Source: Bacteroidales bacterium (GTDB lineage: Bacteria > Bacteroidota > Bacteroidia > Bacteroidales > WCHB1-69). From it: a DNA stretch of 64,000 nucleotides. The notes beneath the pieces were generated by a model, which saw nothing but the letters and a program-made list of their open reading frames with translations, made no database searches and was not told where the DNA came from. The translations under genes and the position numbers were made by a program. The stretch's first letter is position 1. Each line of letters starts with the position of its first letter. The stretch lies in NCBI GenBank assembly GCA_045132235.1, contig JBGURX010000021.1:8604-72603 (forward strand), written 5' to 3'. Positions 45,632-53,504 of this stretch are shown here, one piece after another.

Positions 45632-46669
45632 ATGAAACACATCCTCCTATCCATTTCCCTTTGCCTCCTCCTTGGTAGCGTTTCCGCGCAGAGCCGCAAG
45701 GATATCAGACAGTATTATTATTGGGTCAACCAAGCAGAACTGTCCATCTGCGACAGCAACTTCCAGCGGGCCTCCGACTGCTATCACACTGCTTTTACTT
45801 TCAAGAGAGCCTGCATCAGGGATGCCCATTTCGCATTTCAGCTCAACAGCATGTATCTCTACAACTTGGACCGTGCCTGCGAGGCGTTCCACTTCCTTGT
45901 GCAGGCGGGGGACAAAGCATACAACGAGTACGGCTCTTATTTGGAAGACACAACGGTCTATCCGGAGTTGTGGAATTGTATGAAGATTATATCAGATACG
46001 ACCCAATCATTAGTGGATGAGAATCTGTACAATGCTTTGAATGAAATAAGAAAAGATGACCAAAGGGTGCGGATGGCCTTTTATGAGAGCGACGAACTTG
46101 CATACGCGACCATTGGCCACACCGACAGCCTGAATTTCCAAAAAGCACAACAGATTTTCAAACAGTATAAGGATATTGATGAATATAATTCAGGGGGTGC
46201 CGTAATGATGAGTGCGGTCTTCATTCATTTTGCCAGATTGCGATTGACGACGCCCGATGTTTTTTATGAAAAGTTGGTAAAAAGTGGGAACCTTAGTGCA
46301 GCCAGTTATATGCAAAACTATGACTATTGCTACCATTCCATCTTCAAAGGTGACGACAAGACCACTTACGGCACCGACCCTTCGTACACCTATATCATCA
46401 ACAACACCTTATTTATCCGTTATCCTGACGATATTCAAAAAATCAATAAGAATCGCAAAAAGCTCAATGTGGCCGAAACGTGGGAAGATTATGTGACGAA
46501 GGTTCTTTACGTTAACCGGCACAAGGATGGATTCAGGTTCTATCCCAGGCAGTATGTGATTCGCGGCGGCGAAGCGGAGGAGGAACAGCATGAGAAAGAT
46601 GAGCGTGCCCGTTACGACAGCGGTGAAGTAAAAGGGATGTATTACGAATTAAACACCAGAGAACAATGA
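45632..46669 (+). CDS. Secreted protein of unknown function, array family A (A1, 345 aa)
   Basis: Signal peptide present. It is a paralogue of 48544-49581, sharing AQSRKxxRQYYYW.NQAEL.ICD, KINKNRKKL.VAETWED and MYYE. Confidence 0.7.
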   Translation: MKHILLSISLCLLLGSVSAQSRKDIRQYYYWVNQAELSICDSNFQRASDCYHTAFTFKRACIRDAHFAFQLNSMYLYNLDRACEAFHFLVQAGDKAYNEYGSYLEDTTVYPELWNCMKIISDTTQSLVDENLYNALNEIRKDDQRVRMAFYESDELAYATIGHTDSLNFQKAQQIFKQYKDIDEYNSGGAVMMSAVFIHFARLRLTTPDVFYEKLVKSGNLSAASYMQNYDYCYHSIFKGDDKTTYGTDPSYTYIINNTLFIRYPDDIQKINKNRKKLNVAETWEDYVTKVLYVNRHKDGFRFYPRQYVIRGGEAEEEQHEKDERARYDSGEVKGMYYELNTREQ

Positions 46670-47490
46670 AATTTGGCAAATTGTTGTTGTTTTTCGCCCT
46701 TTGGGGTGTGATTCCTATTTTCGCCCAGCGTATTGATACCGTTTGGATGGACAGCATCCCGATAGAGATGGTCTTCGTGGAGGGAGGGTCTTTTGTGCAA
46801 GGGTGCGATACGAAAGATACTTCCATTCATTGTCCACAAACGAGTACTCCAGCTCATAAAGTAGTGCTAAACGACTTTTATATAGCAAAATATGAACTGA
46901 CACGTGAACTTTATTCGGCCATAATGGGCAAAGACCCTTCCATTTGTAGTTTTGAACATCCACGCAGGTTATGTCCTGTCGAGAATGTTTCTTGGTATGA
47001 CGCACAGGCTTTCATTGACACCTTGAATGCGAGAACAGGGATGCATTTTCGTCTTCCTACCGAAGCAGAATGGGAGTATGCGGCTCGTGGTGGGAAGTAT
47101 CACAGTCCGTTCCGTTTTGCTGGCAGCCATAACATCAACGATGTGGGATGGCGTGTGGAAACAGACCCCAAAGTGAGAGGACAGGTTTGTCAATGGACGA
47201 AACCTGTGGGGCAAAAGCAGCCGAATGCATTGGGACTGTACGACATGACCTGTAATGTCAAGGAGTGGTGCAGTGATTGGTTTTCGTCAGAATATTATTC
47301 TTTGCAGAACTCATTCAAAAATCCTAAAGGTCTGGCACAAGGTGATGAAAAGGTGTGCCGTGGTGGTAGTTGGGGTGAAGGAGATATAAAGAATTGCTGG
47401 GTGTCGACCCGGAGCAAAAGCAATCCTGAAACCCATTCTCCATGTATTGGTTTCCGCCTTGCGATGGATGCCGAAGATGTTAAACAATAA
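46666..47490 (+). CDS. Secreted FGE/SUMF1 (formylglycine-generating enzyme-like, lectin fold) domain protein (B1)
   Basis: ATGA overlap with A1. VENVSWYDAQAF, RLPTEAEWEYAARGG, GLYDMTCNVKEWCSDWF, CRGGSW and IGFRL are present. The catalytic C-H-x-S-Y-C pair is absent. Confidence 0.85.
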   Translation: MKFGKLLLFFALWGVIPIFAQRIDTVWMDSIPIEMVFVEGGSFVQGCDTKDTSIHCPQTSTPAHKVVLNDFYIAKYELTRELYSAIMGKDPSICSFEHPRRLCPVENVSWYDAQAFIDTLNARTGMHFRLPTEAEWEYAARGGKYHSPFRFAGSHNINDVGWRVETDPKVRGQVCQWTKPVGQKQPNALGLYDMTCNVKEWCSDWFSSEYYSLQNSFKNPKGLAQGDEKVCRGGSWGEGDIKNCWVSTRSKSNPETHSPCIGFRLAMDAEDVKQ

Positions 47491-47501
47491 TTTTACATAT
47501 T

Positions 47502-48413
47502 ATGAAACCTAAAAACATAATTCTCGTCCTGATGGCGATGCTGCTGTTGGTTTCGGCGGCGGCGCAGCCCAAACGTTCCAAAGCGGACGTTAAAAAAGAA
47601 AAAGAACTGGTAGGCGCTTTCGTGCGGATACCCGAAAACAGCTTCACTATGCAGGATGTGTATGACGACGGCACCCTCGGGCCTGAAGTGGAGTACAAGA
47701 CGGCCGCATTTTATATGCTCGAGACGGAAGTCACGAACAAGGCTTACAACGGCTTCCTGAATGATTTGAAAGCGCAGGGGCGCACAGAAGACTACGAAAA
47801 AGCGCGCTTCCGCTCCGAGAACTGGTACACTCCGAGAAGCCACAGCGAGCTGGGGCGACAGTATTATGACAATTATCCGGCATACGACCATTATCCGGCC
47901 GTCACTGTGCCTTACGAGGGCGCATTGCTCTTCTGCCAGTGGCTTACCGAAAAGGTGGGCAATCCCGAATGGGTGTATGAGCTGCCGTCGCAAATCCACT
48001 GGGTGTGGGCAGCCAGCGGCGGGAAGGACGGTGTGCCCTACTCAATGGGCGAACCCTTTTTGACGGCAAGGGATGGTACCCCCTATTATCACTACCTGCA
48101 TATTGATGATGCGTGGATTGCCCGCACGGACAGCGGATTCCAAGTTGTGGACAATCATCCCGGCACAATGCGTACCGACTTTATTGGCAGCGATATCCCC
48201 TTTCCAGCAAAGTCGCTACGGGCGAATGAGTACGGGCTGTACAATATGTGCGGCAATGTGGCGGAGATGGTCTCCAACCCCAACCTTGCGGTGGGCGGCA
48301 GCTGGCTCGACCCCGGCTACGACATTCGCATCTACAGCACCAAGGAATACACGCAGCCCTCGCCCCAGATCGGCTTCCGTGTGATTGCCCGCTGGGTGGG
48401 GAGGAAGGATTAA
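47502..48413 (+). CDS. Secreted divergent FGE-like domain protein (B')
   Basis: Signal peptide present. AFYMLETEVTNKAY, ALLFCQWLTEKVG, YGLYNMCGNVAEMV, VGGSW and IGFRV are present. There is no Cys pair. Confidence 0.75.
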   Translation: MKPKNIILVLMAMLLLVSAAAQPKRSKADVKKEKELVGAFVRIPENSFTMQDVYDDGTLGPEVEYKTAAFYMLETEVTNKAYNGFLNDLKAQGRTEDYEKARFRSENWYTPRSHSELGRQYYDNYPAYDHYPAVTVPYEGALLFCQWLTEKVGNPEWVYELPSQIHWVWAASGGKDGVPYSMGEPFLTARDGTPYYHYLHIDDAWIARTDSGFQVVDNHPGTMRTDFIGSDIPFPAKSLRANEYGLYNMCGNVAEMVSNPNLAVGGSWLDPGYDIRIYSTKEYTQPSPQIGFRVIARWVGRKD

Positions 48414-48463
48414 AGGATGAAGAGATTAAAAGATGAAAGGATGAAAAGATGAAAGGGGATAGG
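48400..48463 (+). repeat. Purine-rich 8-nt tandem repeat (GATKAARR units) at the 3' end of B'
   Basis: GATGAAGA GATTAAAA GATGAAAG GATGAAAA GATGAAAG run from 48416-48455, flanked by further G/A-rich sequence. Confidence 0.55.
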
Positions 48464-48543
48464 TGCTTTGTCCTTCCGTGCGACTTAACAGCCCAATGAA
48501 TATAGAATTTTATGAACCTGCAACCAGATAAACCGCAATACCA

Positions 48544-49581
48544 ATGAAAAAAATCCTCTTTACCATCCTCCTCTGTTTGGTATTTTATGCACTTTCCGCG
48601 CAGAGCCGCAAGCAAGTCCGGCAGTACTACTACTGGATTAATCAGGCCGAGCTGGCCATCTGCGATGATAATCTACAGCTTGCGGATTCGCTCTATACCC
48701 GAGCTTTCAGCATCAAGGAACCGCTGGCACGCGAAATGCGTACCGCCTACTGGGTGGCCGTTCAAACCGAAAACCACGAGAAAATCTTGCAGATAGCAAA
48801 ATGCCGGATTGAATTGGGTGATGAGGGATTGGCTAATTCATATCAGTATATGTCGCCGCACTTTGACACGGTTGTTTACCAGCAATTGCTCGACATCGAG
48901 GCTCAAACGATTAAAACTTACTGTGTGAAATTTGACACGATCTTGGAGCATATCAATGAGCGTGACCAACGATACCGAATGCAAGGTATGGGGCGCTCAC
49001 CGGAGCAGTTTGCATTGGATGATGAGAACCGTAAACTCATCAAGCAGTTTTACCGTGAATATCCTGACTTCAACGAATGCGTGGCGGGATTTTACTATAT
49101 GGGAATGTTGGGTGTTGTATTACTCCATGCCGTGCAGACGGACCACTATGACTTGCAACCACTGCTTCGCAAGAAAGTGATGGCTGGGATTTTCCCTGCC
49201 CAGCAATATATGGAACTGGAAGATGTATGGGCACAAATACATTCCTCACGAAACGAAATGTACGGTGAAGGAATGGGAAGCGAAAACATCTATTATATCG
49301 GGAATACCTTGTTTGTAACACGTCCCGAAAACCTCAAGCAGATCAACAAGAACAGAAAAAAGCTGGGGGTTGCCGAAACATGGGAGGATGGCGTTAAAAA
49401 AATGATATGGGAATGCAAGCATAAAAACTCCTGCATTACCGGAAGCAGACATATCATAGTATTCGGCGATGAAGATGACGATGCCGCCGAGGTAGCGCGC
49501 TTGAAACAGGAAATCGATGCCGAGCACGCCAAAGGCGACTTTCATCGGATGTATTATGAAAGAAGTTCTAAAAATGAATAA
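48544..49581 (+). CDS. Secreted protein of unknown function, array family A (A2, 345 aa)
   Basis: Paralogue of A1, with the same length and the same N- and C-terminal motifs. Confidence 0.7.
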   Translation: MKKILFTILLCLVFYALSAQSRKQVRQYYYWINQAELAICDDNLQLADSLYTRAFSIKEPLAREMRTAYWVAVQTENHEKILQIAKCRIELGDEGLANSYQYMSPHFDTVVYQQLLDIEAQTIKTYCVKFDTILEHINERDQRYRMQGMGRSPEQFALDDENRKLIKQFYREYPDFNECVAGFYYMGMLGVVLLHAVQTDHYDLQPLLRKKVMAGIFPAQQYMELEDVWAQIHSSRNEMYGEGMGSENIYYIGNTLFVTRPENLKQINKNRKKLGVAETWEDGVKKMIWECKHKNSCITGSRHIIVFGDEDDDAAEVARLKQEIDAEHAKGDFHRMYYERSSKNE

Positions 49582-49584
49582 CCG

Positions 49585-50442
49585 ATGAAACGAGCGCTCC
49601 TTATTTTATTGATACTCATTTTGTATTTCCCTGCTTCTTCTCAAAAAAACAAAGTGGTCTCAATTAAAATCAATGACAAAGTTAAAATCGACATGGTTTA
49701 CATTCCTGCAGACACCTTTGTGCGAAAGAATTTCTATGGCGACACCTGCCGCCATTACCACTTAATCCCAATCGTAGCTGAAGGCGCCTATAATGGTTAT
49801 GACACCATTGTGCTTTCAGGTTACTACATTTCAAAATATGAGGTCACACAGTTGGTTTATGAAACGGTGATGCACAAGAATCCGTCGTGGTACAACAAAG
49901 ACAACACTCCAGTATTGCGATATCAAGAATTTGATTACAGAGTATGTCCGGTAGAACGTCTTTCCTGGTATGACGCGCAGGAGTTTGTGGATTCATTGAG
50001 TTCGCTCACGGGCCGGCATTTCCGCCTGCCCACGGAAGCGGAATGGGAGTATGCCGCACGCGCCAAACATTACAATGACCGTTTCAGCGGTGGCGACATT
50101 TTTGAAGAATTGGCTTGGTCATGGGATAACGTGGGACATAATTCGCATCCTGTTGGAATACTGAAACCAAACGCTTTCGGGCTATACGATATGAGCGGCA
50201 ATGTGGAGGAGTGGTGCAGCGACTGGTTTTCTTCCTACTATTATCAATCCGACACGCTGTATGTTAATCCGACCGGTCCATCGGAAGGACATCTGAAAGT
50301 GCTCCGTGGTGGAAGCTGGGGCGTGTATCCCAATCGCGCTTGCGAACTGGATACGCGCAGAGGTGAAAACCCTTCAGTAAGAACCAATCAGGCGTCCGGC
50401 ATACGGTTGGTGATGGATGCCAAAGAAATCAAACAAGAATAA
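49585..50442 (+). CDS. Secreted FGE/SUMF1-like domain protein (B2)
   Basis: Starts 3 nt after A2. VERLSWYDAQEF, RLPTEAEWEYAARA, GLYDMSGNVEEWCSDWF, LRGGSW and GIRL are present. There is no catalytic Cys pair. Confidence 0.85.
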   Translation: MKRALLILLILILYFPASSQKNKVVSIKINDKVKIDMVYIPADTFVRKNFYGDTCRHYHLIPIVAEGAYNGYDTIVLSGYYISKYEVTQLVYETVMHKNPSWYNKDNTPVLRYQEFDYRVCPVERLSWYDAQEFVDSLSSLTGRHFRLPTEAEWEYAARAKHYNDRFSGGDIFEELAWSWDNVGHNSHPVGILKPNAFGLYDMSGNVEEWCSDWFSSYYYQSDTLYVNPTGPSEGHLKVLRGGSWGVYPNRACELDTRRGENPSVRTNQASGIRLVMDAKEIKQE

Positions 50443-50498
50443 TCCCCCACCCTTTATGAAACACCTCCTCCTTTCCTTGGCACCCTAATCCGCATTGT

Positions 50499-51380
50499 AT
50501 GAAAAAATTTCTTCTTTTTTACGTAGTCCTGCTGTGTGCCTATTGCGCATTCCCCCAAACGGAGCAATGGAGGAAATACTGTGTGCTTCAGTATCAAGCC
50601 AAGGCGGCCTTTGACAACAACGACTACAGCAATGCCGCCCAATTCTATCAGCAGATGGACTCCGTATATGGACTCATTGTGGATTACAAGGACATGAGGA
50701 ACTTTTGCATTGCGGCGGCAATGTGCAGTGATACGAACTCGGTGCAACGTTCACTTCTCGCCCTCACGAAATATAAATGCTTCGACATCGGATTCTTGGT
50801 CAATCCCATTTTCAATTCATACAAAAAGAAAGATTGGTGGGCGGAATGTGATTCCCTTTCCCATATCTACGGGCATAAAAACCAGTGGTACATCGACACG
50901 CTAAGGAAAATTCAAATTGCGGATTCTGCGGTGCGATATAAGTTCATTCATGCAACCGATATAACGGTTCGGGACTCCATGAGAGCCCTTATGGCGGTGA
51001 TGGATTCTGTCAACACCCTCAAATTGGAAACGCTCATCAAAGAACAGGGGTTGCCCACGTTCCGGAATGTGGGCTATGAGGGATTTTATAGTGCCTATAT
51101 CATTATGATGCATATCAATTCAGAACTGCAAGATTCTCTTATCGAAAAATTCATCCCATTGATGGAAACCGGGGAGGTGCCCCGTGACAAGATGGCATAC
51201 CTGATTGACCGCAGTCTAATTAGAAAGAAACTGCCGCAACGATATGGCTGTCAGATTTATCGAAGTGGGAAATCACAGCCGATTGAAGATATAGACCACC
51301 TCAATGAACGCCGGGAGGCAATGGGACTCTGTCCGGTGGATATTGAAGATTTGAAAACAAGGATTGTGGAGTATGAGTGA
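50499..51380 (+). CDS. Secreted protein of unknown function, distantly A-like (A3, 293 aa)
   Basis: Signal peptide present. C-terminal NERREAMGLCPVDIED parallels NKNRKKLxVAETWED of A1 and A2. The middle region QGLPTFRNVGYEGFYSAYIIMMH recalls DUF6624-type proteins (from memory). Confidence 0.65.
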   Translation: MKKFLLFYVVLLCAYCAFPQTEQWRKYCVLQYQAKAAFDNNDYSNAAQFYQQMDSVYGLIVDYKDMRNFCIAAAMCSDTNSVQRSLLALTKYKCFDIGFLVNPIFNSYKKKDWWAECDSLSHIYGHKNQWYIDTLRKIQIADSAVRYKFIHATDITVRDSMRALMAVMDSVNTLKLETLIKEQGLPTFRNVGYEGFYSAYIIMMHINSELQDSLIEKFIPLMETGEVPRDKMAYLIDRSLIRKKLPQRYGCQIYRSGKSQPIEDIDHLNERREAMGLCPVDIEDLKTRIVEYE

Positions 51381-51398
51381 ACAACCCAAACTATATTT

Positions 51399-52277
51399 AT
51401 GAAACAACTGATTTTCATCCTGACGGCAATTCTGCTGGGGTTTACAGCATCTGCCCAATCCCAACCCACCCAATACTCACAAAGCGGCGGTGGCATTTGG
51501 TTTGAGGTGAGAAATGACACCTCGAACCCCTGCCGCTATACCGAGGACAATAAGATTTATCAGGCCGACAGGGAGTTCACATTCGAGTTCCACTATTTCG
51601 ACCCACAGGGCAAGGAACGCTATATGAGGTATGAACGTGTTCCTCATCAAGGGTATGAACTCACGGAAAATGGCGACACCTCTTATTACACCTACTATCG
51701 TCCGGGATTTTCCTTCTCGGATGTTTTTGACGCCTCCGATTCCTGCATCAACCGCTACCTGTTGAAAGTCGCCTGTACGGGTAAAGGGTTCCGTAAAGAT
51801 TACAACCAAACCGTGGAGGAGTTTTACTTTTTCTTGGATGGACAGACATCAAGATTGCCCTCGTCAATGTCCGGCATTGTGGAAAACGAACGGAATTTGT
51901 GGATGCATCCAAACAGATCTTGCCTGTTCCGCATCCTCGAACTCAATCCATTTCCGTATATCCAATACCCTGTCAAAAAAAGTAAAACTTGGAGATGGCG
52001 GCTCTCCATCGGCAGTCAGTGGGGCGACGAGCGATGGAAGACTTGGACGGGTGGCACCGTCAACAAGTACAGATACAAAATTACCGATACGGATTGCGAA
52101 GTGGTCACGCCCATGGGCACGCTTTCGTGCGTGAAGGTGGTGGCCGTGGCCAAGAGCCGCATCGGGAAAACTTATCTCACAGCATACTATAACGACACCT
52201 ACGGTTTTGTGAAAATGGACAACGCCAACATCGACGGCTCGCGGTTGGAGATTGACTTGGTGGGGACGAATTTCTGA
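51399..52277 (+). CDS. Secreted protein of unknown function (C, 292 aa)
   Basis: Signal peptide, Trp/Tyr-rich beta-type sequence and no recognised motif. It starts 18 nt after A3. Confidence 0.6.
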   Translation: MKQLIFILTAILLGFTASAQSQPTQYSQSGGGIWFEVRNDTSNPCRYTEDNKIYQADREFTFEFHYFDPQGKERYMRYERVPHQGYELTENGDTSYYTYYRPGFSFSDVFDASDSCINRYLLKVACTGKGFRKDYNQTVEEFYFFLDGQTSRLPSSMSGIVENERNLWMHPNRSCLFRILELNPFPYIQYPVKKSKTWRWRLSIGSQWGDERWKTWTGGTVNKYRYKITDTDCEVVTPMGTLSCVKVVAVAKSRIGKTYLTAYYNDTYGFVKMDNANIDGSRLEIDLVGTNF

Positions 52278-52289
52278 TGGGATGGAGCG

Positions 52290-52691
52290 TCACACCAGAC
52301 TGATGGACTCCAGCTCTTTGGTCAGGGATCGGATGCCCTGTTGGATTTTCTCCGCCTGCTTGCGCCGGGGTTTGTGCACTCCGGCAGCATAGTGCCAAAG
52401 CTGCCGCTCGTTGATGCCTGTGATTCGACTTAAAGCGGCTTTGGTAAAGATTCCGCTATAGTAATTGATAAAAGTGGCCGTATCAATACGGAACTTCAAT
52501 TCAAAATCGCCAGTGAGCTTGTCGCACGGATTGGAATTGTCCTCCAGATAAAGCTCCACAGCCTCTTGCATATTGCGCTCCACCTCTTGAATGTTGCTGC
52601 CCACCGTGATAATCGGCGCTCCTTCAATAAAGGCGCTCAAATTTTTCCCTGCAAATTCCACAATCACTTCCACGATTTTCATATTGTTCAT
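52290..52691 (-). CDS. hicB: Type II antitoxin HicB family (with C-terminal HTH)
   Basis: N-terminal HicB/UPF0150-like fold (VEFAGKNLSAFIEGAPIITVGSNIQEVERNMQEAVELYLED). It lies 4 nt downstream of hicA. Confidence 0.75.
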   Translation of the reverse strand: MNNMKIVEVIVEFAGKNLSAFIEGAPIITVGSNIQEVERNMQEAVELYLEDNSNPCDKLTGDFELKFRIDTATFINYYSGIFTKAALSRITGINERQLWHYAAGVHKPRRKQAEKIQQGIRSLTKELESISLV

Positions 52692-52695
52692 CTTT

Positions 52696-52890
52696 TTATT
52701 TTTCTTTTAATCCCGCCTGACTCAGTATGTTATAGTATGTCCCTTTCTCAATGCCCTTACTCCCATGATTGGGTACAACTACAATTCGTCCCTCCTTTTC
52801 AAACTTCATGTGGCTGCCCTTTTGCGCCTTTAAAACAAAGCCATTCTTCTTTAGTAAGTCAATTACAAATTTCACTGATTTGTAGCTCAT
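52696..52890 (-). CDS. hicA: Type II toxin HicA (mRNA interferase)
   Basis: Start moved to MSYKSVKFVIDLLKKNGF. KGSHMKF and VPNHGSK..GTYYNILSQAGL are the HicA signature. A TATATTTG box (minus strand) lies at about 52915. Confidence 0.8.
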   Translation of the reverse strand: MSYKSVKFVIDLLKKNGFVLKAQKGSHMKFEKEGRIVVVPNHGSKGIEKGTYYNILSQAGLKEK

Positions 52891-53031
52891 CGTTGTAGAG
52901 TTAGTAAGAGGCTGCAAATATAGTAAAAAAATGAATACTTTTATGCATAGTTTGAAAAATATCAAAAAATTTCATTCCCCTTCAATAACAGTATCAAAAA
53001 TAATACTATTTTTGCAGTGTAAGAATAGAAT

Positions 53032-53445
53032 ATGGAACAGATAATTGCAATGGTGGACTGGTGCGGAAAAAACTACGCATCCTATATCAACGACCCGCGC
53101 ATTGGTGGGCTGGTGATCTCAACAGGCAAAACCTATGAAAAACTCCAACAAGAAACTGAAGAGGGATTGAGATTCCATCTGGAGGGCTGTCTTGCCGACG
53201 GCGACCCCATTCCCGAGGCCATCCGCAACGGCAACTACGAACTTGTATACGAAAAACGGATGAGTGCCATCCTGCATGAGGCTCAACAATACACCACTCT
53301 CGCAGCTTTGAGCCGGGTGACAGGCATCAAGCATGCACAGCTATCGCATTATGCCAATGCCGTAGCACAACCCCGCCCCAAGCAAAGAGCCCGCATCGTA
53401 GAGGGTCTTCATCAGATTGGAAATCATTGCCTCTCCATGCTATAA
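53032..53445 (+). CDS. Orphan HicB-family antitoxin paralogue
   Basis: The domain order matches 52290-52691: N-terminal VDWCGKNYASYINDPRIGGLVISTGKTYEKLQQE and C-terminal HTH LAALSRVTGIKHAQLSHYA. There is no adjacent hicA. Confidence 0.7.
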   Translation: MEQIIAMVDWCGKNYASYINDPRIGGLVISTGKTYEKLQQETEEGLRFHLEGCLADGDPIPEAIRNGNYELVYEKRMSAILHEAQQYTTLAALSRVTGIKHAQLSHYANAVAQPRPKQRARIVEGLHQIGNHCLSML

Positions 53446-53504
53446 CACGTCCCTTCCCCCCAAGATTTTCGCTTTCATTTTCGTTTTTAAAAAGAAAAAC
53501 AAAA

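Noticed and set aside
48512-48547. 11-codon upstream ORF (MNLQPDKPQYQ*) whose TGA overlaps the A2 ATG.
   Set aside because: There is no conservation evidence available from the sequence alone and no ribosome-binding signal. It is plausibly a chance ORF in a 130-nt spacer.
46666-50442. An active diversity-generating retroelement targeting the FGE-like genes.
   Set aside because: There is no reverse transcriptase gene in the window. There is no template repeat either: the C-terminal regions of B1 and B2 are not near-identical at the DNA level, and no third copy exists in intergenic DNA. The resemblance is kept only as a structural analogy in the findings.
50456-50488. Mini-ORF MKHLLLSLAP* between B2 and A3, whose first 21 nt match the A1 start codon region at 19 of 21 positions. 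It could be a vestigial gene start.
   Set aside because: It is too short, and MKHLLL-type signal-peptide starts are generic. The unrelated beta-lactamase-family gene at 15275 begins almost identically. I cannot distinguish a remnant from chance.
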